57,627 nt of DNA from Bacteroidales bacterium (GTDB taxonomy: Bacteria > Bacteroidota > Bacteroidia > Bacteroidales > ML635J-15). The stretch's first letter is position 1; each line of letters opens with the position of its first letter. Shown here piece by piece: positions 1 through 8,492 of the stretch. The notes below the pieces were generated by a model that saw only the letters and a program-made list of their open reading frames with translations, was not told the origin of the DNA and made no database searches. The translations under genes and the position numbers were made by a program. The DNA is taken from contig JBKGYK010000004.1 of NCBI GenBank assembly GCA_046546095.1, forward strand, positions 1 to 57,627, read 5' to 3'.

Positions 1-3000
1 TACCTTGTCCGTGCATACAACGATTGCGGCAGCGAAAGCAGCAATTCAAACGAAATTGAAGTGAACTTGTCCTGCTCCGATCCAACAACCCAGGCCTCAA
101 CGCTTGATTTCCCGGATACGCAATACGATCAGATGGATGTCTCCTGGACAAACGGCGATGGCGATTATCGCCTTGTTGTAGCAAGCACATCGCCAATTAC
201 AGGAGCGCCTTCGGATAATACATCATACACTGCCGATGCCAGTTTTGGTGATGGCGATGAACTTAATACTGGAGAGTTTATTGTATATGCCGGTAGCGGT
301 AACAGTTTTACCATGACCGGACTTAACAGCGACACCGAGTATTTCATCAAAGTATTCGAATACAACTGCGATGGTGGCAGTGAACAATATCTTACAACAT
401 CTCCCTTGTCAGATTCAGAAACCACAGTTGCCAACATTCCTGCGGTAACTGATTTTGATGTTACTTGCATGACTGAAACAACGGCTACCGTTGAATGGAC
501 AAATCCATCTTCCGGTAATTGGGACGGTGTCATTATAGCTATTCGTAATTCAACAAACCCGGTTCATACATTAAGTGATGACCCTGCAACGGTTTCAGCG
601 GATGCTGTGTTTGGGAATGGTCATGAATTTGGTACAACAACACCTTATTCCTACCTTGTGTACAAAGGCACCGGAACATCAATAACCATTACAGGCCTTA
701 CACAGGGACAAGACTACTCACTTAAAGCATTTTCTTATTATGGCAGCTTGATTGGAGATGAAACAACAACCTCAATTGCCGGTCTTGATATTCAAGAAGT
801 TACTTCAGCCAGCGCTGCTGCAGGAAATAGCGAGGCAACTGTCGGCTGGACCAATCCTGATTGTTATGATGAAATTCTTGTCGTCGGTAAAGACGGTGGT
901 TCTGTTACATCAACTCCTTCCGGAGATGGGAGTGCATATTCCGCAGATGCTGTATTTGGTGTCGGAACAAATATCGCTACAAATGAATATGTGGTGTATC
1001 AAGGTACCGGGTCTTCAATAAATGTTACCAACCTTACGAATGACAACACCTATTATTTTAAAATTTTTACTCGAATTGGTACAGAATGGTCGGGTGGAGT
1101 TGAAGTTTTTGTCGTTCCTGCTGATGTAACAGTATTAGAAGGTGGTGATATTGCAATTATATCCGTTAATACGCAGTATCAAGACTCCGAAAGCGATGAT
1201 GAATGGTGCTTTATCAGTTTTAAAGACATTACAGAAGGCACATCCATTGAGTTTACCGACAACGGTTATGAACGTGAAACAGCCGGTTTGTGGGGCGACA
1301 CGGAGGGTACAATCCGATTGACAAGAAATGGTGGTGGAACAATTGCCGCAGGAACTCCGATTTGTGTGCAGGGTGCCGGAAATTCAAGTGATGATTTTAC
1401 GATAATAAATTGTGGTGATAGTGATGATGAAAACTGGACAATTTCTTCCCTAAATGATGGTTCTTCTTACGATTTAAATAGCTCTGATCAAATCTGGGTT
1501 TTCCAAAATGGAAACTGGGATAATCCTTCCGGTGAACATGATGCAGATTATACCGGAAATGTTGTATGGGGCTGGACAGGGACAGGATGGGAAGATATGC
1601 CTGGATATAGCGATACGAAAGGATCTACGGTTCCTCCGGGAGCAGAGTGTTTTAATAATAATCTGGATGGATTATCAACGAAAGGAAAAGTGGCATATAC
1701 CGGTGATATGAGTGCAGTGACTCAAATTGAATGGATACTTAGAATTAATGATCCTGCAAATTGGACAAACTATGATGTTGGTGATAATAATGATGATTAT
1801 AATGATGATTTTTATTCTAATGGTCCCGATTATGCAAATACATGTCAAACCTTTAGTATCAATCCGGGTGGATATACTCACGGAACGTGGACAGGTCAAA
1901 GAAACACTCAGTGGTTTGAATGTGCCAACTGGGAAAGCCTTGTAATTCCTGATGAAACTACTGATGTGTTATTTGACAGCGATGATTGTAGCAATAATAT
2001 TGAGTTGGTTGCAGGTGAAACTGCAGAGTGCAATGATTTAACGCTTCAGGGAACAGGTGCATATTCATTGTGGGGAGAAGGCGATGAGACCAAAAAAATT
2101 GAGATATTCGGCGATTTGACAATTAAGAATGATGACTTACTTGCTTTTGATGATTTTGATGCCGGTACCGATGATGGAACCATAATCTTGCATGGCGACT
2201 GGATAAACCAAACCGGCACAGATGGTTTTTACCAAGGAAATAGTCTTGTTGTATTTAATGGTAATCAATCTCAAACAATTAGCTCCACAGAAACTGAGAC
2301 TTTCCATGAAATCAAAATTGATAAAGCTTCAAATAATCTGAATTTGCAACAAAATATTACGACTTCAAATCTTGAATTCGTGAATGGATTGTTGTCCACA
2401 GATGCGTATTCAATATTCATTGATAATACAAACGAAAATGCATTATCCGGTCATAATACCAATTCCTACATCAACGGAAACCTCCGGCGTGCTGCTACTA
2501 ATGCAGGTGCATACGATTTCCCGGTAGGAGATGCTTCAAATTATGAATTGGCAACTGTGGATGTTACTTCTGCCACAAGTTTAACACATCTTGATGCACA
2601 TTTTGCAACTGCTGATCTCGGGCCACTTAGCATTGGCAGCCTTGGTCTTGTTGTGGACGGAACACCACTCGTTTCTGTGCTTGATGCCGGGTACTGGGAA
2701 ATCGAACCAAATACTGGTGCAAGCGTAAATTATGATATCGAAGTAAATCTTGCGGGTTCCTCTAATGCAGCTGCCGATGCAGAACAACATGCCGTAATTA
2801 AACGTGATGATGCCGGTTCTGATTGGGAATTGCAGGGCAGTCACGATAACACAACGCAATCCATCAATGGTAGTGTGGTAACTGCACAGGTTTCCAGTCT
2901 GAGTGGATTCTCTCAGTTTGCCATTGCACGCAGCAATCAGTTCCCGCTGGCGGTTGAACTGACTGATTTTGATGCATCATGCCAGCATGGCCATGTGTTG

Positions 3001-3492
3001 CTTGAGTGGACAACCGCTTCCGAAGAAAACAGCGATTACTTCCGCATTGAATACGCTCCTGATGCCAGATCATGGAAAACCATAGATAAAGTACTGGCGT
3101 TTGGTACCACCAATCAGCAGCAGGCATATCAGCTTCTGCTTGAAGATGTACCGGAAACAGGATACTTCCGTCTCAGTGAAGTGGATACAGATGGAACAGT
3201 AACATCATACAAACCTGCATACATAAACTGCAGTAACGGCGAACAGGCAGAGTTTACACTAGCTCCCAATCCGGCAAAAACTTCGACAAATCTGAAAGCT
3301 CAAAATGCATCCGCTGATTTCTATCTCGTTCGCATCAGTGATATGCAGGGCCGGCTGGTCAAAGCTGTGAGCTGGGAAAATCCCGCAGAGCAGTCCCTTA
3401 TGATTTCTTTATCAGACCTCCCTTCCGGCATGTACAATGTAAAAGTATTCAACGAATCGGAGGTACAATACCTCAAATTTATAGTTAAATAA
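1..3492 (+). CDS. Large T9SS-secreted protein, 5'-truncated by the window edge: 3 FnIII-like repeats, a lamin-tail-like domain, a beta-helix-like region and a T9SS type A C-terminal domain
   Basis: The frame is open from base 1 (YLVRAYNDCG...), so the GTG at 61 is not the true start. Repeats of ADAxFGxG...VYxGxGxS...TxL; typical 'FPLAVELTDF' Ig module; CTD 'LAPNPAK...ISDMQGRLV...LPSGMYNVKV...KFIVK'. Confidence 0.85.
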   Translation, partial: YLVRAYNDCGSESSNSNEIEVNLSCSDPTTQASTLDFPDTQYDQMDVSWTNGDGDYRLVVASTSPITGAPSDNTSYTADASFGDGDELNTGEFIVYAGSGNSFTMTGLNSDTEYFIKVFEYNCDGGSEQYLTTSPLSDSETTVANIPAVTDFDVTCMTETTATVEWTNPSSGNWDGVIIAIRNSTNPVHTLSDDPATVSADAVFGNGHEFGTTTPYSYLVYKGTGTSITITGLTQGQDYSLKAFSYYGSLIGDETTTSIAGLDIQEVTSASAAAGNSEATVGWTNPDCYDEILVVGKDGGSVTSTPSGDGSAYSADAVFGVGTNIATNEYVVYQGTGSSINVTNLTNDNTYYFKIFTRIGTEWSGGVEVFVVPADVTVLEGGDIAIISVNTQYQDSESDDEWCFISFKDITEGTSIEFTDNGYERETAGLWGDTEGTIRLTRNGGGTIAAGTPICVQGAGNSSDDFTIINCGDSDDENWTISSLNDGSSYDLNSSDQIWVFQNGNWDNPSGEHDADYTGNVVWGWTGTGWEDMPGYSDTKGSTVPPGAECFNNNLDGLSTKGKVAYTGDMSAVTQIEWILRINDPANWTNYDVGDNNDDYNDDFYSNGPDYANTCQTFSINPGGYTHGTWTGQRNTQWFECANWESLVIPDETTDVLFDSDDCSNNIELVAGETAECNDLTLQGTGAYSLWGEGDETKKIEIFGDLTIKNDDLLAFDDFDAGTDDGTIILHGDWINQTGTDGFYQGNSLVVFNGNQSQTISSTETETFHEIKIDKASNNLNLQQNITTSNLEFVNGLLSTDAYSIFIDNTNENALSGHNTNSYINGNLRRAATNAGAYDFPVGDASNYELATVDVTSATSLTHLDAHFATADLGPLSIGSLGLVVDGTPLVSVLDAGYWEIEPNTGASVNYDIEVNLAGSSNAAADAEQHAVIKRDDAGSDWELQGSHDNTTQSINGSVVTAQVSSLSGFSQFAIARSNQFPLAVELTDFDASCQHGHVLLEWTTASEENSDYFRIEYAPDARSWKTIDKVLAFGTTNQQQAYQLLLEDVPETGYFRLSEVDTDGTVTSYKPAYINCSNGEQAEFTLAPNPAKTSTNLKAQNASADFYLVRISDMQGRLVKAVSWENPAEQSLMISLSDLPSGMYNVKVFNESEVQYLKFIVK

Positions 3493-3512
3493 ACCTGAGC
3501 TTTTATGGTATG

Positions 3513-3544
3513 AAACCGGGTTTTGTTTTGGGACCCGGTTTTTT
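3513..3544 (+). terminator. Intrinsic terminator after the T9SS cargo gene
   Basis: aaaccggg(tt)...(ga)cccggttt stem followed by a T-run. Confidence 0.75.
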
Positions 3545-3832
3545 CTTGAAATATCCCTGCATGAGGGCACCTGCCTGCCGGCTTACAAGGCGTGGCTTTC
3601 CGGTGTAGGGCTTTTGCGCTGATGGAATGGCCTGCCTGAACATGCCCGCATCCGGATTCATGAAAACATGCAATTTTGGCAGTTGTATTGTCATTTTAGC
3701 ACAGGCTGGCAGATATTCATAATGTGATGTAATGATCACAAAATCAAATATATAGATTAAGGTTCGAATGGCATTGCCTGTCTGGTTTCGTTGTGGTACG
3801 TATTTTGCCAGTAAATGCAGCAAAGAACAATT

Positions 3833-4414
3833 ATGATTACACAGGTCATACAAAATTACGATGAACTTCAGGATGTGATTAACAGACATTCGGATGTGTA
3901 TTGTTTGCTGTATAAGCCGGAAAGCGAATTGAGTAAATGTGCTACAGACAGGCTTGGTGAAGCAGCAGAAAAAGGCAAGGATGGAGTCATGTGTCTTGTG
4001 GATGTCAGCCAGGTAAATGATATACATCCGAAATATCATGTTACTGCCGCGCCAACATTGCTGGTTTTCAAAAACGGGAAGCAAAACAATCAGATAAAAG
4101 GCTGTAACGATACGTCTTTTTATGAAAACCTGTTCAATGGAAGTTATTTTGTCAGTGCAGGTGATGATGGAAAGCCCCAAAAACGGATTACTGTCTATAC
4201 TACGCCTTCATGCACGTATTGTACTACCCTGAAACGTTACCTTGACAGTATGCAGGTAAAATACCGGGAGGTGGATGTGTCAGGAGATGCCCGGCAGGCA
4301 GAGGAGTTGATGAAACGTACCGGACAGCAGGGTGTACCACAAACCGATATAAATGGTAAATTTGTGGTCGGATTTGATAAGAACAAAATTGATCAGTTAC
4401 TGGATATAAATTAA
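3833..4414 (+). CDS. Thioredoxin-like (CXXC-less) / glutaredoxin-like (YruB/NrdH-type) fusion protein
   Basis: N-terminal Trx fold with cis-Pro motif 'AAPTLLVFKNG' but SELS at the CXXC position. C-terminal 'VYTTPSCTYC...GQQGVPQTDING..VVGFD'. Start at 3833 or 3815. Confidence 0.8.
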   Translation: MITQVIQNYDELQDVINRHSDVYCLLYKPESELSKCATDRLGEAAEKGKDGVMCLVDVSQVNDIHPKYHVTAAPTLLVFKNGKQNNQIKGCNDTSFYENLFNGSYFVSAGDDGKPQKRITVYTTPSCTYCTTLKRYLDSMQVKYREVDVSGDARQAEELMKRTGQQGVPQTDINGKFVVGFDKNKIDQLLDIN

Positions 4415-4444
4415 AACAAGTTAAATTTATTAAATAGAAAGATT

Positions 4445-4732
4445 ATGAAAGATTTACAACCACTCAACGAAAATGTATTGCTGGACATCAGCGGTGAAGC
4501 AACTGAAGAAAAGACAGCTTCCGGTATTATCATTCCCGACACTGCCAAAGAAAAACCACAGTATGGTACTGTCATGGCAGTCGGCCAGATTGAAAACAGC
4601 TCTATTGCCGTTGGTGATAAAGTGTATTACAAGAAATTCTCCGGTTCTGAGCTGGAAATGGGTGATAAAAAATATTTGCTGATCCCTTATGCTGACCTTC
4701 TGGCAAAAGTTGTTGATACTGAGAACATTTAA
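4445..4732 (+). CDS. groES: Co-chaperonin GroES family protein (orphan, no adjacent groEL)
   Basis: 'LQPLNENVL', mobile loop 'EEKTASGIIIPDTAKEKP', 'AVG...VGDKV'. Confidence 0.9.
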   Translation: MKDLQPLNENVLLDISGEATEEKTASGIIIPDTAKEKPQYGTVMAVGQIENSSIAVGDKVYYKKFSGSELEMGDKKYLLIPYADLLAKVVDTENI

Positions 4733-4767
4733 CCCTCAGTCAGCAGAAACAAACATTTCATAAGTAC

Positions 4768-4809
4768 ACAAAGTCTGGGTTTTTTTTGAAAAATTCAGAC
4801 TTTGTTTTT
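4768..4809 (+). terminator. Intrinsic terminator after groES
   Basis: acaaagtctg...cagactttgt inverted repeat followed by tttt. Confidence 0.7.
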
Positions 4810-4836
4810 GCATAAAGAAATTAATCTTTATATTTG
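4807..4836 (+). promoter_or_regulatory. Bacteroidota housekeeping promoter (-33 TTTG / -7 TAnnTTTG) for tRNA-Phe
   Basis: TTTG 4807-4810 and TATATTTG 4829-4836. The same TATATTTGCACTCCG string precedes the tRNA-Thr cluster. Confidence 0.75.
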
Positions 4837-4852
4837 CACTCCGCAAACGCGA

Positions 4853-4925
<73 letters not shown>

Positions 4926-4929
4926 CCTC

Positions 4930-4958
4930 AAAAAACCCGGTTTTTGGCCGGGTTTTTT
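4930..4958. terminator. Bidirectional intrinsic terminator
   Basis: aaaaaacccgg-tttttgg-ccgggtttttt. Confidence 0.8.
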
Positions 4959-5235
4959 GGTTTTAGAAAGCCATGAATTATGAGGCTGAAAGGTTCAAAT
5001 TAGCCCCGGGTTTCAACTTTCGGGTTTGCAGCAAAAATCATGATCAAAAGCCATATTAATACAATGAATTCATCCCGTTTCCCCGGGTTGAAAGAAATAT
5101 GGGTTAATTGCATTTGATCAGGCATGTGTCTGACCCACAGAAAAATAATAATGCTGAGAAGTAGCAAACTACTGTCCGGATAATTAGAGATGGCCAATAA
5201 ATGTGAATTATCACAAATTTATGGTTTGATCCCTT

Positions 5236-6036
5236 TTATCTGAGTATCGCATCCCACACACCCAAAAGGTGCCCTGAAAAAGCAATGATGATGAATATAA
5301 GCAATACCCTGACAAATCCGGCGCCTTTGTTGATGGCCAGATGAGAGCCCAGCAGACCGCCGCCAAAATGTCCGATGGCAGCAACCAGACCCAAAACCCA
5401 TTCCATTTGTCCGTCAAGCACATAAATCAGTACGGCAAAAGGGCTGTAGAGCAGTACCATGAAAACTTTCAGGGCATTGGCTTTCACAAGATCATAACCA
5501 GCCTGCAGTACCAGTGCAGACAGCAGGAAAATGCCAACACCAATATGAATGAATCCGCCGTAGCTGCCGATCAGGAAAAACAGAATTACCTGCAGAGCAC
5601 CTACCTTACGACTGGTTTTTTCTTTTTGTTCTTCTATCCACTTTTTCGGATCAAAAATGATGAAAATCAACAAAAACAGAAGAACACCCCCAATGATCTT
5701 TTCAAACAAATCATGTGGCATATTTACTGCTATCAGGGCCCCGGTGATGGAACCAAGTACGACCGGAATGCCGAGTATGAGGCCTTTCCTGACCTCCAGT
5801 TTATCCTTTTTGAAAAACCGGTAGGAAGCCGTGGCTGTTTGCATGATCACTCCAAGCCGTAACGTCCCGTTGGCCATGGGAGCAGGTATTCCCAGCGCCA
5901 TCATAATGGAAAAAGTAATGACAGATCCTGATCCGGCAAGCGTGTTAATGATGCCGGTAGCAAAGCCTGCAGCTATCATGATCAGAAATACCTGCCAGGA
6001 ATATAAATCAAGGGATGACAAAAAGGACTCAATCAT
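5236..6036 (-). CDS. Sulfite exporter TauE/SafE (TSUP) family membrane protein
   Basis: 'GFATGIINTLAGSGSVITF...PAPMANGT', 'GSYGGFIHIGVGIF'; about 8 TM segments. Confidence 0.85.
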   Translation of the reverse strand: MIESFLSSLDLYSWQVFLIMIAAGFATGIINTLAGSGSVITFSIMMALGIPAPMANGTLRLGVIMQTATASYRFFKKDKLEVRKGLILGIPVVLGSITGALIAVNMPHDLFEKIIGGVLLFLLIFIIFDPKKWIEEQKEKTSRKVGALQVILFFLIGSYGGFIHIGVGIFLLSALVLQAGYDLVKANALKVFMVLLYSPFAVLIYVLDGQMEWVLGLVAAIGHFGGGLLGSHLAINKGAGFVRVLLIFIIIAFSGHLLGVWDAILR

Positions 6037-6081
6037 ACAACAAAACTAAAAATAAAACCCGATATTTTGGATAAACAACCA

Positions 6082-6984
6082 TCAGATGGCATCTTGTTCT
6101 ACTGATTTTTTCAATGACTTAAATCCTTCTCCCAGAATTTCATGGGTGTCTGAAACACTCAAAAATGCATGAGGATCAATCTTGTTGATATAATCTTTTA
6201 AAATACTTAACTCACGACGGGTCAATACGGTAAATATCACCTTTTTCTCCTTTCCGTTGTACATGCCTTCAGCTTTCAGATAAGTACCACCGCGTCGCAA
6301 ATCGTTCAAAAGTTTTTCTTTGATTTCCTCATGTTTGTCTGATATGATGATGAGGCTCTTGTTGTAACTGATGCCTTCAACTACCACATCTATCACCTTG
6401 CCTGTAATGAAAATCACAATCCAGGAATACAGCGGTATCTCCCAGCTTTTGAATGCAACGAGGCCGAATAGTACGATGACAGAATCCACATAAATCAAAA
6501 GCTGTCCCAGTGGCAGACGTGTATATTTTGAAAGAATCATGGCTATGATGTCTGAACCTCCCGTAGTTGCTCTTGAGCGAAGTACCAGGCCCAGACCTGC
6601 ACCCAGTATTACTCCTCCAAAAATCGAGGACAAGAGCGCATCGTCGGGAACAAGTGCCACATCACCCTGTATCCACATCAGCAGATTTACAAACTGTGAA
6701 AGGGCGATTATGCCAACAATGGTTTTCCACCCAAAGCGCGGGCCCAGAACTTTCAGGCCGATAAGCAGAAGGGGAATATCAATGGCCAGTGCCACAAAAC
6801 CTGTTTGCCAGCCTACCAGATGATGGATGATAATCGCAATACCATATGTGCCTCCCGGTGCAAGTTTGTACGGAGATATAAAGTAGACAAAGGCCACCGC
6901 CATCAAAAAAGTTCCCAAAAGAATCAGAAACAATGACCTGAACCACACCCAGCTAAATAATTTTTCTTTGGTAATAAATGCCAT
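6082..6984 (-). CDS. YitT family membrane protein (DUF161/DUF2179)
   Basis: 'LAPGGTYGIA', 'ATTGGSDIIA', C-terminal 'IDPHAFLSVSDTHEILGEGF'. The ATG at 6984 is preferred because a -7 promoter element lies inside the longer ORF's 5' extension. Confidence 0.88.
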   Translation of the reverse strand: MAFITKEKLFSWVWFRSLFLILLGTFLMAVAFVYFISPYKLAPGGTYGIAIIIHHLVGWQTGFVALAIDIPLLLIGLKVLGPRFGWKTIVGIIALSQFVNLLMWIQGDVALVPDDALLSSIFGGVILGAGLGLVLRSRATTGGSDIIAMILSKYTRLPLGQLLIYVDSVIVLFGLVAFKSWEIPLYSWIVIFITGKVIDVVVEGISYNKSLIIISDKHEEIKEKLLNDLRRGGTYLKAEGMYNGKEKKVIFTVLTRRELSILKDYINKIDPHAFLSVSDTHEILGEGFKSLKKSVEQDAI

Positions 6985-7011
6985 AACTTTTCTAAATTTT
7001 GAAAATGGCTG

Positions 7012-7019
7012 CAAATATA
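7012..7019 (-). promoter_or_regulatory. -7 element (TATATTTG) for the YitT-TSUP operon
   Basis: Reverse complement of caaatata, 27 nt upstream of the ATG. Confidence 0.65.
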
Positions 7020-7159
7020 GGTTATCCAATATTATCCCCAAGCATTATATGTTGTAAAAGCATTATTTTTTTTTCGTTCGCCTTTGTTTTCAATTTGTAA
7101 GCTATTATTTTTACCTGCAAGATAAAATTTGAAAATAAACACATAAAATAATTACTATT

Positions 7160-8356
7160 ATGGCAAAACGTACAATTGTTAGTTTACCTGGTGACGGTGT
7201 AGGTCGCGCAGTATTGGATGCTACCATCCGCGTGCTTGACGCTGCTGGTTTTGAAGCTGATTATGTTGAAGGTGACATTGGTTGGGAATTCTGGAAAACA
7301 GAAGGAAACCCCCTGCCTCAGCGTACCCTCGATCTGATCGAAAAACACAAAGTTGCTTTGTTTGGTGCCATTACCTCCAAACCAAAAGACGAAGCCGCTG
7401 AAGAACTCGTTCCCGAGCTTCAGAACAAAGGCCTGGTGTATTCATCTCCAATCGTTGGCTTGCGTCAGCACTTTGGACTGGATATCTGCCAGCGTCCATG
7501 TCATACCTATAAAGGGAACCCACTGAACTTTATTCGCCGTGGTGGTGACGGAAACATTGAAGAACCAATGGTGGATGCTGTTATCTTCCGCCAGAATACC
7601 GAAGGCCTTTATGGCGGTGTAGAATGGTCTAACCCCGATGATCTGGTGTACAGTGCCCTGATGTCTCATCCCAAATTTAAAAAGAATTTCGGTGAAACCC
7701 CACGGGAAGAAATATCCGTGTCTACACGGATCTTTACCAAAAAAGCTACCGAACGTATTCTGCGTGCAGCTTTTGAATACGCCAAAGAATTTGGATACGA
7801 GTCTGTAACTGTTTGTGAAAAACCAAACGTTATTCGCGAGACATCCGGTATGATGTACAAAATGGCTCTCGAGATTCAGAAAAATGATTATCCCGATATC
7901 TGGGTCAGAAATACCAATATTGATGCTCAGATGATGTGGCTCACCAAAAATCCTGAAGACTATGGTGTGATCGTTGCAGGTAACATGTTCGGTGATATCG
8001 TTTCTGATGGCTTCGCAGGACTCATTGGAGGCCTTGGCTTTGCCTGTTCAGCTCAGTTTAACCCAGCCAGTGGCATTGGTGTATTTGAACCAACCCACGG
8101 ATCTGCTCCAAAATATGCAGATTATGATGTGTCTATCGTAAATCCTGTCGCTATGGTTGAATCTGCCTGTATGATGCTTGACTTTATCAAAGAATATGAT
8201 ATGGCAAAACGCATCCGCAAAGCCGTAGCTGAAGTGATCGAAGAGGGCAAAGTGCGTACTTACGATATGATGAAAATGCGTGGCAAACCTGATGTGATCC
8301 ATAAAGGTGCCGCCAGTACTGACCAAATGGCCGATGCAATTATTGAAAAATTATAA
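7160..8356 (+). CDS. Isocitrate/isopropylmalate/homoisocitrate dehydrogenase family protein
   Basis: 'LPGDGVG', 'FRQNTEGLY', 'CEKPNV', 'NMFGDIVSD', 'FEPTHGSAPKYA'. Confidence 0.88.
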   Translation: MAKRTIVSLPGDGVGRAVLDATIRVLDAAGFEADYVEGDIGWEFWKTEGNPLPQRTLDLIEKHKVALFGAITSKPKDEAAEELVPELQNKGLVYSSPIVGLRQHFGLDICQRPCHTYKGNPLNFIRRGGDGNIEEPMVDAVIFRQNTEGLYGGVEWSNPDDLVYSALMSHPKFKKNFGETPREEISVSTRIFTKKATERILRAAFEYAKEFGYESVTVCEKPNVIRETSGMMYKMALEIQKNDYPDIWVRNTNIDAQMMWLTKNPEDYGVIVAGNMFGDIVSDGFAGLIGGLGFACSAQFNPASGIGVFEPTHGSAPKYADYDVSIVNPVAMVESACMMLDFIKEYDMAKRIRKAVAEVIEEGKVRTYDMMKMRGKPDVIHKGAASTDQMADAIIEKL

Positions 8357-8380
8357 TAATTACTGAAATACAGCTTGTAG

Positions 8381-8414
8381 AAACCGTCTCCTTTTTTAAG
8401 CAGACGGTTTTTTT
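8381..8414 (+). terminator. Intrinsic terminator
   Basis: aaaccgtct...agacggttt followed by a T-run. Confidence 0.8.
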
Positions 8415-8492
8415 GTGCAGGATTACTTCATGCCTTTGGAACTTGAGAACTGAAATAGTAACTTAGTATCCTTTTAATCAATACTCAGGATC

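Noticed and set aside
3572-3583. cctgcctgccgg, resembling half of a palindromic repeat seen in some Bacteroidota; a similar string occurs in the tuf hairpin at about 21500
   Set aside because: The second arm is missing and there are no further full copies in the window, so a REP/MITE family cannot be supported.
3503-4180. 225-aa minus-strand ORF
   Set aside because: It is antisense to the redoxin fusion, runs through a terminator and has no recognisable motifs; a shadow ORF.
5000-5197. 65-aa hydrophobic minus-strand ORF after the TSUP gene
   Set aside because: TTG start and no family motif; its hydrophobicity is explained by T-rich intergenic sequence.
5202-5215. TGTGA-N4-TCACA palindrome
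   Set aside because: It lies downstream of convergent genes with no start nearby, and the spacing fits neither CRP nor Rex.
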